From positions 87,307,880-87,349,037 of the forward strand of contig NC_068987.1 of NCBI RefSeq assembly GCF_001194135.2: a DNA stretch of 41,158 bases, read 5' to 3'. This document shows positions 24,090 through 36,579 of the stretch, one piece after another; the first letter of the stretch is position 1; every line of letters begins with the position of its first letter. Both the position numbers and the translations under genes were made by a program. This stretch comes from Octopus bimaculoides. Taxonomy: Eukaryota. Under the pieces are notes generated by a model. That model had not been told where the DNA came from and did not search any database. It worked only from the letters and a program-made list of their open reading frames with translations.

Positions 24090-24720
24090 GTCTTTATTAC
24101 ACTTAAACGAATATAAGTTAAACCTGAGAACGCTTCTTTGGCATTAATGAGTCGTTTGCTACCAAGAAAATCTACATGGACAAATTGTTTTCGGTAGTAA
24201 TGCCCGAAACGATCACAATTATGCCAGAACACGGTTCACTGGTCAATTATCTGTTGAAAAATAGGGCTTTGTGCAAAGATACAGTATCACGATACTTCAA
24301 AGAAATTGTTTGATCATGGAATGCTGAAGACGTTCACATTGGCAGTTTAGTCGTGGTACAAGGGCTATTATTGACGGAAAATGCCCCAATAATTGTTAAA
24401 TTATTTCTATTCACATTTTCCGTTGACATATAGGGTTTTGTACATCACAAATACACTCATAACACTTCTTGTGCATTGCTGCATTTTTTCGACACCAAAA
24501 ACATTAAATTTGGCAACGTAGATTAGAAGCAAATCCAAATATTGTCCGGAAATGATCTCAAAATTGTGCGACCCGACCTCGTTTTCGAGGTTATTTTTGT
24601 TGTAAAAAAGAGTTGTTCAAATAGCATACTTGGTAGCCAAAAGATTACTGAATCTTTTGATAGCTTCTACGTCAAAATCGGCAATTCAATTTTCGAATCC
24701 ATAAGGAACATACGCACCAC
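24090..24720 (-). pseudogene. Highly decayed mariner-type transposase
   Basis: Colinear remnants across frames: WIRKL/DFDVE, LYVN, *SIVILY, GHYYRKQF...KRLIN. Confidence 0.4.
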
Positions 24721-24779
24721 ATACAGACACACAAACTCTGTTATGTATATATATCTCTTTCTCCCCCATNNNNNNNNNN

Positions 24780-24815
<36 letters not shown>

Positions 24816-25621
24816 CTCGTATGTATTAGGTGGCAAGAAAGTATAGAGGGAAGGAAAGGTAATCAAAGAGGGGATAATGTGTGGTCTGAAGAATCATACG
24901 AAAGGTTTTAAGAAAAAAAAAGGGAATATTCTAACAGTTAAGAAATAAGTGGTTAATGTCTGAAATTTTGAAGAAGGCACTGTGTGTTCCGATCGGACAG
25001 CAAATAAACATAATAATATACCAGACAATTTAAAAATAAAATAAATAAGTTGGAAAGATCAATTTTTAAAAAAATGGTTTCGATATTTTATATCCGGAAT
25101 ATTTGAATTCAATAAAGTTGAATTATCGGTTGAACTGATAAGCGGTATAACATTTCATATCACTATTGAATATAAAATTAGTTCTATTTTCTTTCAGTAT
25201 AATGTGGCGTAATGCATATATAAATATAAAGATATTTATCTATCTATNNNNNNNNNNNNNNNNNNNNNNNNNNNNNNNNNNNNNNNNNNNNNNNNNNNNN
25301 NNNNNNNNNNNNNNNNNNNNNNNNNNNNNNNNNNNNNNNNNNNNNNNNNNNNNNNNNNNNNNNNNNNNNNNNNNNNNNNNNNNNNNNNNNNNNNNNNNNN
25401 NNNNNNNNNNNNNNNNNNNNNNNNNNNNNNNNNNNNNNNNNNNNNNNNNNNNNNNNNNNNNNNNNNNNNNNNNNNNNNNNNNNNNNNNNNNNNNNNNNNN
25501 NNNNNNNNNNNNNNNNNNNNNNNNNNNNNNNNNNNNNNNNNNNNNNNNNNNNNNNNNNNNNNNNNNNNNNNNNNNNNNNNNNNNNNNNNNNNNNNNNNNN
25601 NNNNNNNNNNNNNNNNNNNNN

Positions 25622-25668
<47 letters not shown>

Positions 25669-26236
25669 TACATATTCGTGTACGTATTTGCTTGTGTGGT
25701 TATGTGTGTTCACTTGTGCATGCATGCATATGTATGTATGCATGTATATATATATATGTGTGTGTATATGTTTGTGTATTTTGTGTGCATATACTTGTAT
25801 CTATAAGCTATAATTTAAATCTTTATATCTATATTTGAATGTCTGAATTGAGGCTGGTATATGTCTGGCTGAATAAAAGTATATACGAGTTTTTGATTGA
25901 CACATATATATGAGTTTCCCAACAAAATACACTCTGCTCACTTCCTATAAGCCTATTCACTTATTCAGCATTTTACTCTTTAACCCTACTTATTATTTCT
26001 ATGGAGGCTTTTCAAGTTTACAAATGAATGCTTTGCCGTTTGTTTCGAACCGTAAACTTTTCAAACCCAGCGTCAATACTTCTAGACCTTCCTATGCTCA
26101 TCGTCTGGATGAGGGGATGATGACGCTGGTAAGACTAGTGTGTTTAGCTCATTATTATGCATTATCCTCTTTCTGGATCGTGCAAACATTGTTTAATTCT
26201 AGATTTCAAATTTTAGCCACATTCTTCTTTTATCTT

Positions 26237-26415
26237 CTTTTGCTTGTTTCACTCATTGGAGTGCGGCCATGCTGGGGCACGGTCGTAAACAGTTCAGTCC
26301 AAGAAATTGTTCCTAGTACTTACTTTTTAAGTCTGGTACTTATTCTAGTGCTCTGTTACGGGGATGTAAGCAAACCAATACCGGTTGTCAAGTCGTGCTG
26401 GAAACAAATACAAAT

Positions 26416-26448
<33 letters not shown>
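26237..26448 (-). mobile_element. SINE family A 3' half, diverged
   Basis: CTTGTTTCACTCATTGGAGTGCGGCCATGCTGGGGCAC...CCGGTTGTCAAG then (CA)n. Confidence 0.75.
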
Positions 26449-26453
<5 letters not shown>

Positions 26454-27631
26454 AGGGGACCTAATGGGAATCTAGATGATCCAAGCAATTAAGCCGTAAA
26501 ACGGTGGGATTTGCACTTACATAGCATGGACTGCTGAGCACATTTTACGAAAATGAGACTACCATGCACACATAAGAAACAAAAAATAGTTAAAATATCT
26601 TCTTAGTATATAATGATGGCAAGTTTTACATCATCTGAAAAGTCATTAGTTGAACTATTAGTCTTCTTGCATTGTGGGGGTGTTTCGGAGCGTTTGAGTG
26701 ACATTAGACCCCAACAAACACCCATAAATTAAATGCATCTATCTGGGCCACGGTCGTGGTTTGTGTCGACCTGTGCCTAACAGTCACAATCGTGGCCCGT
26801 CGCACTTGATGTGTTAACTAAGTAGCGGTCCAGCGTGGATTTGGGTGACAGGAGAAATACCAGTGATACTCACTGACCAATCACTAGAACAAGCAGTGCT
26901 ATATTAAATAGTTAAATCATGATATTAAATCCATTGTATGTAACAACATACGCTGCACATTTAACACGGTATAAGCGTTAAAAATATAACATAAGAATAT
27001 GAACAGTGATGCGGATGTGGCTCATATATATATGTATATGTGTATATATATATATGTATATATATATATGTATATATATGCATATATATATGATCTATGA
27101 ATATATATGTACATTTACATATATACATACAAATACAGGATAACACACGTGTGTGTGGGTAGATTTGCTATATTATCTAACACGACTAAGAACCAACACA
27201 AAGAAAATGAGAAGAAAAATTGTAGAGTGAATTATATTTACTCTATAAACATAAAGATCTGAAGAAACTAGTGACGGTCTGCGTCGGCAATTAGTGCGTA
27301 CGGCCTGCCATACCAAAGCAACGGATCTACACCGTTCCGTCTTCTTCACCATAAACCAATTTATTCCACTTTTGAACTGTTTGCGTCTCTAAACCACCTG
27401 ACTACTATTTATGGTACTTTACTAGTAAGGTCACTGCACCGTATCACAACATCAAATATTTCATCGATATCAAAACGTCTTTATTTATACAATTATGGAG
27501 CCGATAAAGTCTACTAATCCACTACTATTCTTACACTGCCGCAAATATACAAACACCAATGTACACCTCTGTAGTGATATCCATTCCACCATGTATGTAT
27601 GTATGTATGTATGTATGTATATACATACATA

Positions 27632-27670
<39 letters not shown>

Positions 27671-28439
27671 ATATATATATATGAGTGTGTGTGTGTGTGT
27701 GTGTGTATGGTCCATGTCATAAAAATTTATAGGAAACATGAAATAAATTGTTTTTCAGGGTGGAACGCGAAGTAAAGAAACTATAAATTATTGCAAGTTA
27801 AAAAAAACAAAAAACAAACCTTTGCATGTACACCGTCGGACGGTGTGTAAATATGGTGGCTATCGACTCACTGGACGAGTATAACCATCGCTGACATATT
27901 ATACTATTTCTGTTTTGTCTTTCAACTATCGAACCTAGAATAAAATAATTCTTGAAAGAAAAAAGAAAAAAGAAAAAACTTTCCACCCTGGCAAAAGTAC
28001 CACCAAATTTTCATCGACTTTACGGTTAACACTTACACTCTACAACACCTAACTAATTGATTATATCGCTTACTTTAATGTCTCTAAACTTAACACAGTT
28101 AATTTCCTCCTGCATAGGCAAGGTCTTTATTTGTGTGCGACCAGCAGTTACCCATGCAAAATGTCACCCCTCTCAACACCACCAATGCTTCAAAGAAAAG
28201 GCAAAGGCTAATACAGCTTAGCAACAATATTACAATATTCGAACTCAGTACGTAAAATGCTGAAACTAATAACTATTCTGCCATCTCAAGACCATTCCTA
28301 TTATAGAACATTCTATTATAAGATGTAAAGTCTTATTTGAGATATAAAGTATTATATGACTCCAACCAATAATGCTAATATTCTGTGGTCTTTGATTGGC
28401 TACGTTTTAGCTTCATGAGTTTTATTTCAATTATAGTGC

Positions 28440-28630
28440 TGTAGATTAACAGAAATCGTTAGAATATTGGATAAAATGCTCTTAGCATTTGTTCCGTCTC
28501 TGTATGTTCAAATTCCGCAAAGGTCGATTTTTCTTTTAAGCTGTCGAGGTAGATAAAAATAAAGTCAATGGAGTTGACTAATACCCACTCGTCTAAGGTT
28601 TCTTAACTTCTGTCTAAATTAGGGACAATT
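28440..28630 (+). mobile_element. Old SINE family B
   Basis: TGTTCAAATTCCGCAAAGGTCGA plus degenerate core. Confidence 0.5.
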
Positions 28631-29414
28631 ATTAAAATAGCGGTGGATTGGCAGGATCGGTAGAGCATCATACACAAATGCTCCCTAAGGACCAAAGGCT
28701 ATCGTGGTCTTTTCTCCACTGCTCTCGACTCTGGGTTCTACCCGTCTCGCAGATCCTGTTATTCTTGAATTGTCATCGTTGGTTCAGTAGCTTTGTTTAT
28801 TTCTAGGTAAGGGTGTTGGCCCTAAGCGAATCCATTTTTATCTCTAAAAAGTGGGTCCCATTAGTCTGTTTCTATCTTTTGACTTGTCCCGCATAGACAG
28901 CCCTATTAGCAGCTGGCACTCCACTGGTATAGCTCTCATGGTCACTTAGGTACACAGGTTACCACACTACAACAAGGACTGGATATTGAGGTAGACTTAC
29001 TTTATTGGACGTGTGTATTTTAGTGGGAAGTATCACAGTATATATAGACTGGAAAATTCCATTTTAGAGGAAAATATCAATGGTTGAATATAATGAATAA
29101 AAAGTTTCTCGCTTCCGATACAGCGAAGCGAATAGCTAAGTGGTCACTCGACATGCGGAAAGAATAATAACTGCTAAATCTCCTTTAACTATATTCTGTC
29201 ATCTTTAATTAAATAATGTAGTCCAGGGTACAAACTGTCCGTAAAACGGAAGGCACCCGGGTCATCATTTGGATACTGTTGATCATAGGTCATTTGGATC
29301 AAGATTGACCATCAACAAAAATAACAAAGATCCCTTGTTGATATCACGTCCGGTACTACGTATACATCCAATGGCGATTTAAGATATAAAGCCCAAAACC
29401 TGATATAGAGTGTA

Positions 29415-29560
29415 GGTGACATTGTGAAGTTAAGAAGTTCGCTTCCCAAATATGTGGTGTTCAGTTTAATTTCACTACATGGCACCTCGGGCAAGTATCG
29501 TTTACATTTTGGGTCGGTCAAAGACTTTCCAGTGAAATCTGGTTGACGGAGATCCTATGA
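29415..29560 (+). mobile_element. Old SINE family A head
   Basis: AAGAAGTTCGCTTCCCAA...GGCACCTCGGGCAAGT. Confidence 0.55.
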
Positions 29561-29998
29561 AAGTCAGCTGGAGAGGTTGTTTTTGTTCTCGGATAGGGAG
29601 GTTGTTTTTGTCCTCACTGGTTTAATGTCACTGGTTTAATGTCATTACTTCCCACTTACGTGTCTTTATCGGAGTCTTTTCTGGATTTTAGCGTTAGAAT
29701 CAGATCTCCAGTCTAAAGATGATCCCCCATCTCTTTTCCCCACCGAACTCGAGGTTCTGGAAAAATGGTTGGCACTGACCTTCCGTACGTGACTAATCCA
29801 TGAAAAATAGATGTAATTATTGATCTCTAATTTCGATAAATAAGTATTCATTTTGGTGGAGGATATTAGTGAATTAAATCTTCCACTAGTATGTTATAGA
29901 TATTTTATTGGTTTCAGAATAATGACAGGCAAAGCTGACTTCAGCAGATTTTGAACTCAGATTGTAGATGTAAATATTAGCTTGAAACTACCGTCTAC

Positions 29999-30044
29999 GC
30001 AACCGAGGAATTAAAATAGCAACCGAGGAATTAAAATAGCAACC
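29999..30044. repeat. Perfect 20-bp tandem duplication
   Basis: GCAACCGAGGAATTAAAATA twice, plus GCAACC. Confidence 0.95.
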
Positions 30045-30207
30045 TATGTATCTTATTTAATGTATACACAATGTTCTCTTCTGGTATTTATGGCACTTTT
30101 AACTCAGTAAATTCATAAGAAATATTATTACGGGGCAAATACAGCAGTAACTGGCCTATCAAAAGTGCGTGTATATATTAAGTCTGCTACATAGATGGCT
30201 ATTTAAG

Positions 30208-30452
30208 ACTATTGTATTTGACAGCTTATAAGATGTTCGAGCTTATAAGACACACTTCATTTTCGCAAGTATTTCTTTGAAAAAGTAAAAAAATCAAATC
30301 ACAATAAACACTTCTTTTCGCCCTTCTTAAAATCAGATCATTTTCAAGTTTGATGCAAATTTGACTGAAGTTTGATGTAAATCTATTATTTATAAAATAC
30401 GAGTTGATTTGCTTGAATGTTTTTGTGGAATTTAAGCGCGCCTTATAAGCCA
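30208..30452. mobile_element. Possible Tc2/pogo-like DNA transposon remnant
   Basis: Reiterated CTTATAAG motifs (GCTTATAAGATG...GCTTATAAGACACAC...GCGCCTTATAAG) resembling Tc2-type terminal repeats. Confidence 0.3.
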
Positions 30453-31996
30453 TCATCAATGATATATTTTATTTTATTTAACAACAATATTAATCTTTAC
30501 TCCTCTCATATTTTCATCGTTATTTATTTTAAATATTTGCAATATAAACTGCAAAATTAATTTATTCATTTCTCTCCATGTTATATTAGTACAACAACCG
30601 CCATATTGAAAATCAGTAAAATCCAGTTACGAAATTTTATATTAATAAAGTATTTTTGTTTCTAAAACTTTTATACGAATTCCTTACAGTTTGTCTGGAG
30701 TTGTAAAAGTTCCAAGATAATCATTTAATTTTCTAGACCTTCATAGTTACCTCTCTTGGTTGCAGTGCTTTTTAGCGCGTGCTGCTACCTCTAGACTAAG
30801 TAGTGCCAATCTGATTAGCGCAAAGAGTAAATAACATGTCTATACTCTGGAGAATTTCATACAGATATAGACGATTAATGATGGAAGCAATATTCATAGC
30901 TCAACACGGTGTTCGAATAAATGTATTTATAAATATATTAAAAAGACATCGTGGTTTCTGGAGCTGAAATCGATAGTCCAAAATATTATAATTGAATTAT
31001 AGATGTCACCTCTTATTCTTGAGGGACATTTTGAGAAGAGACGAGAGCAGAAAAGCGAAGCAGAAATTTGGCAAAAATTTGGTAAAAATTTAAAGAAAAA
31101 AGAATATGAAGAAAAGAGAGAGAGAAATAATCTTGGCAAGGCCAGAAAATATGAATGGTAAAAGCCAATATAAAAATGAAAGAAAATGTCGGATAGAATC
31201 CATAGCAAGTATGAACGCAGATCAACTAACTCAACAGTGAATAGGACGAAGTAGGACAGTACTAGCGGTTTGTGACGGCTTGTGGCACCAGAAATATCTA
31301 GTAGCGTTGCTATGTCACAATATCATTATAGGGTTAACTTTGCAACATAAAATAGCTACTTTGAACAAGGCAGAACTACAAACATTAGCGTTAGAAGCAG
31401 CCAAATAAGCTTGCCAAAGTAGTGAGTGAACTAATTCTTTGTTGCTTTTTTTTTCTCTCTCCATTATTATTGACGTAACCCAGATATAGCGTATTTTTTG
31501 TATTTTCTTTACCTATAACATTTATATATATTAATATGTATATTCTACTGTCCAATAAATAAGACAAATATATACAAATAATGGCCGCACAGACAAAAGA
31601 TTACATATGTATGTATATATATATTTCTATACATATGCATACATACATTCATATATATATATATGTATGTATATGCATCTGTGTGAGTGCATGTGTGTGT
31701 ATGTGGGGGTATCGGTGTACGTAAAGTGAGACAACATACACACATGTATGTATATTAAAGGAGGCAGAAGGGTTAGAAAATATGACTCATGAATATATAC
31801 AGAAACATGAAACAGGAAAACATGTAATATGTCAGTTATAATTCAGATATCTATATATCGATCTCTATCCATATATAATATTCATTTATACATTTAGACA
31901 CACTCACACACACATGCACACACCTACATACACACATACACGTATATATATATATATATATATATTGATATCCATGCGTAACATACCTATATAATT

Positions 31997-32039
<43 letters not shown>

Positions 32040-32067
32040 CACATATATACACACATATATGTATGCA

Positions 32068-32146
<79 letters not shown>

Positions 32147-32248
32147 GTATATATACCTACATTTATATTCGTACATAATATGTTTCTATATATATGTGTA
32201 TACATGTATATATATATCGATATATGTATATATATATATATCGATATA

Positions 32249-32284
<36 letters not shown>

Positions 32285-32525
32285 TGTATGTATGCATGTA
32301 TGTATGTATGTATGTATGTATGTATCTATCTATATACATACGAGTTTGTGTGTGCGCGCGCGTGTGTGTGAGACAGAAACAAATACATGTAAATACAAAT
32401 ACATACATACAACCGCGAAGGCAAGAGAAGAGAAAATATTGGAACATATTTACAATACTTTTCTCCCTTACTACCGCATTACTATAACATGTATGTATGT
32501 ATGCATGCATGTACGTATGTATGTA

Positions 32526-32573
<48 letters not shown>

Positions 32574-32756
32574 CACACCCATATATTCACACATCACAAT
32601 ATTTTTCCATAAATACACACACATACACAGACACATTTATATTCATATATATAAATGGAAGTATATATTTGCAGCCACACACACATAGATGTACATAGAC
32701 ACACGCACATATCCACTCACATATGTATATATAAAACTGTACATTTTCAAATATTT

Positions 32757-32834
<78 letters not shown>

Positions 32835-33248
32835 ATATCTGCATATCTATTTTGTTCAATATATATTCTATACATCATCAACTTCTCTACTTTATTTGTT
32901 CCAATCTACTTATGTAGCTTTAAAATTCTGCCCACATCGTACTTATCAAATTGTTTTTTCTTCCTTTGAGACGAAGTATGAAATTAAATTTTATAATTTC
33001 AAACTTTGTTTCATTAAAATATGTCAACGAAAATAAAGAAATCAAAATATAATTTTAACATATTCCTCGGGTTTTATTGATTAACAATAAATACTTTCTT
33101 TAACTGAGTCAATGACAGTTTTCACCAAAAACGACACTTCTACATTAAGCTGTGCGTCTCGTAAAAACGAGTGACAAGTTGTATAGTTAGTATACACGTC
33201 TAGTATTACGTTGTTCGGATCATAGTTTCGCACTGTGTTAGGTTGGTA

Positions 33249-33390
33249 TAGGCGCCAGCATGGTTGTGTGATTAAGAAGCTCACTTTGCAACCACGTGCT
33301 TTCAAGTTCAGTTCCATTGGGCGGCATCTTGGCGGAAGTGACTTCTTTAGCTCCGGGTCGGCCAATGCCTTGTGAGTGAATTTGGTTGGT
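33249..33390 (+). mobile_element. Diverged SINE family A head abutting the GIY-YIG element
   Basis: AGGCGCCAGCATGGTTGTGTG...AGTTCAGTTCC...GCCTTGTGAGTGAATTTGG; no SINE tail seen downstream. Confidence 0.75.
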
Positions 33391-34484
33391 GGAGGTAACC
33401 CACGACCCCAGTACCAGCACCACCACAGGTGATGAACAAACCATTATCATGGACACCGATAGAGTGACCAGTCCCGCACCATATATTACCACCAGTACAA
33501 TCACCGCACCTAGAGATGATGACCAATCCAGGACACAGCGACACAGAGGAGGTATCCGGCGGTCCCAGTACCACCACCACTACAGATGATGACCAAGCAA
33601 TTACCGTTGACACCGATGAGATGATCGGCCCCGCACCATATGTTACCACCAGCCGCATCCGCACTAATGCCGACAGCTACATCGCTAACCATATGACCAG
33701 AAACGTTAACCACGTTGATATTGCCACCGGATCATTGCACCATATTGACAGCGTCAGCAACGGTATTACCAACAACATTCCCAGGCCCGGAGCCTACCAG
33801 AGATATACCAGGAGTGCGAATATAGCCACATCCCAAGTTTGTAAATATATCGGTTCGACCAGTACATCTTTCAAACGTCGCTTCTGCAACCACCAATTAT
33901 CCTTCAGAGTCACAGAAAGACGATTAGTCACGTCCCTGGCCCGCCATGTGTGACACCTCAAAGATAAGAGGGACCCCCATGTAATATCAGGTGGAAAATA
34001 ATAGATCATCCAGGCCCATATATCAATAGGAGTGGCCGTTGCAAAATCTGCATCGCAGAGAGAACCAAAATTTCTAAGGACTATACTAAACCTGGCGCGT
34101 TAAATAGTCGTAAAGAAGTTTTCTCTAAATGTGTCCACTTCAAGCGCTACCTACTGGAAAATTGGATCTACCTGTTTGCTGGTTAGGCTTTTTCGGGTCT
34201 GTAAGGGTTGTTTTATCCTATGGTCTAGGGGAGTCAACCTGTCCTCATTAACGTTTTCATACGTTAGACCTTAAATCTCGATATCTGAGCGTTTCCTCAC
34301 ATCCGCGTGGTAGAAAGTTAAATTTCTTTTTTGTCTTTGTATAGAGTCTGACGAGCTGTTCACAAGGTTTTGGCTTTCGTGAATACGAAACCTTTGGTAA
34401 TTCTATGACCAAAATTAAAATTTTTGTTTTGATAATTACTGCTCTATTCTTTAGAGTGTTCTTTTTTTCTGATAAATGTTTTAT

Positions 34485-34490
<6 letters not shown>
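33391..34490 (+). mobile_element. PLE-derived element: Thr/Asp-rich repeats, GIY-YIG EN pseudogene, 3' UTR with hammerhead
   Basis: IYQ (33803-33811, other frame) / KYIGSTSTSFKRRFCNHQLSF...TSLARHV*HLKDK / CNIRWKIIDHPGPYINRSGRCKICIAERTKI...LNSRKEVFSKCVHFKRYLLENW; TAG 34184-34186; HHR 34340-34407; ends at (TA)n. Confidence 0.85.
34340..34407 (+). ncRNA. Type I hammerhead ribozyme with canonical core
   Basis: TATAGAGT | CTGACGA (34348-34354) | G(c)TGTTCAC...GTGAATAC | GAAA (34387-34390) CC-TTT-GG T A | ATTCTATG. 8-bp stem I, 8-bp bulged stem II; predicted GUA cleavage after 34399. Confidence 0.9.
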
Positions 34491-34538
<48 letters not shown>

Positions 34539-34811
34539 TTCTTTTAACATTTTATTAAAAAATGAAAACATTTACCATGGTAAATGTTTTTATTTTTATT
34601 TTTCATTCCCTTCGAAATTGCTCTTAACTGTGGTTTGGACTTTTTGACTGTTCTTTCTAGTATGTCAGGCAACCTGTTAAGGCTCACCTGTTTGTGTTTC
34701 AATGTACACTAATTTTTATATGAAAAATACGTCTATTGACTTTGTATACATGCTAGGCGACTAGTAGAAAAAATTTCTATAATTTTTCCTACCCTATATT
34801 AATTTTAAGAA

Positions 34812-34851
<40 letters not shown>

Positions 34852-35153
34852 GTATACACACACACACATACGTATATATATATGATATCAAATCTTTCTT
34901 TTGAAATATATGGGCTGCATCTGAGAAGTGCTCGGAACCTCTGAGACGATCGATAATTAAAGAGGTAAATGCACAAAGAGTAGGTCAATCAGCAAATTCT
35001 CAGATGCAAAATTTTTAACCATGTCTTTAAAAATACACATACATAAATGCAATTTAATACAGATCGATAGATCTGTATATATGGATAAGAATATAGATGA
35101 AAAGAATGTAAAAATATTCGAGGTGTAAATAAAGTTAAACATATAAGGATTAT

Positions 35154-35317
35154 AGGCGCATGAGTGGCTGTGTGGTAAGTAGCTTGCTTACCAGCTACAT
35201 GGTTCCGGGTTCAGTCCCACTGCGTAGCATCTTGGGCAAGTATCTTCTACTATAGCCTCGGGCCAACCAAAGCCTTGTGGGTGGATTTGGTAGACGGAAA
35301 TTGAAAGAAGCCTGTCG
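35154..35317 (+). mobile_element. SINE family A head
   Basis: High identity to 14221-14376; continues into (TA)n and a gap. Confidence 0.92.
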
Positions 35318-36017
35318 TATATATATATATATATATATATATNNNNNNNNNNNNNNNNNNNNNNNNNNNNNNNNNNNNNNNNNNNNNNNNNNNNNNNNNN
35401 NNNNNNNNNNNNNNNNNNNNNNNNNNNNNNNNNNNNNNNNNNNNNNNNNNNNNNNNNNNNNNNNNNNNNNNNNNNNNNNNNNNNNNNNNNNNNNNNNNNN
35501 NNNNNNNNNNNNNNNNNNNNNNNNNNNNNNNNNNNNNNNNNNNNNNNNNNNNNNNNNNNNNNNNNNNNNNNNNNNNNNNNNNNNNNNNNNNNNNNNNNNN
35601 NNNNNNNNNNNNNNNNNNNNNNNNNNNNNNNNNNNNNNNNNNNNNNNNNNNNNNNNNNNNNNNNNNNNNNNNNNNNNNNNNNNNNNNNNNNNNNNNNNNN
35701 NNNNNNNNNNNNNNNNNNNNNNNNNNNNNNNNNNNNNNNNNNNNNNNNNNNNNNNNNNNNNNNNNNNNNNNNNNNNNNNNNNNNNNNNNNNNNNNNNNNN
35801 NNNNNNNNNNNNNNNNNNNNNNNNNNNNNNNNNNNNNNNNNNNNNNNNNNNNNNNNNNNNNNNNNNNNNNNNNNNNNNNNNNNNNNNNNNNNNNNNNNNN
35901 NNNNNNNNNNNNNNNNNNNNNNNNNNNNNNNNNNNNNNNNNNNNNNNNNNNNNNNNNNNNNNNNNNNNNNNNNNNNNNNNNNNNNNNNNNNNNNNNNNNN
36001 NNNNNNNNNNNNNNNNN

Positions 36018-36083
<66 letters not shown>

Positions 36084-36579
36084 CATGTTGTATCCATGCG
36101 TGTATATTATCATTTTCAGTTTTAATATTGAAAAAGCATGTTAATATGCAGTCTAAAACATTACAAAATCTTGATTGGTCTGTTTCAGATCTGGAAATAT
36201 TTTCTTCTTCTTGATGGAATTGTATTAAAATCTTGTGATAAACTTGCTTCAGGCTGGTTTTACTATATTGGTTATTAAAATTAACAAATATTTATAAACA
36301 CACAAAACAAATGCATAACACACATATATGCATGCATACACACATACAGACACATGTGTACAAAATCCATTGCAGTTCGTGTATTTTTAAATTAAATATT
36401 AAATAAAATTCTCTAAAAATAAAATATTTTGAATTATTAAACTGTAAGAGAATTGAAGGAGTAACATAATTTTGATAATATGAAAGAAAATAACAAGATT
36501 CGAAGAAAATATTCTTGTTTCGCGTTGGCAAATAGCGAATGTTGACAAGTTATGACAGTAATCTTTCTTTTATAGTATA

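Noticed and set aside
29660-29810. Minus-strand exon candidate ending at a GTAAGT donor
   Set aside because: No frame is open to the donor and the acceptor is weak.
31003-31161. 52-aa ORF with EYEEKRERNNL, reminiscent of a bZIP basic region
   Set aside because: No leucine zipper, poor splice context, and purine-rich composition explains the E/K/R bias.
36189-36278. Possible short exon after TTTCAG (IWKYFLLLDG...)
   Set aside because: Short, no credible donor, no recognisable domain.
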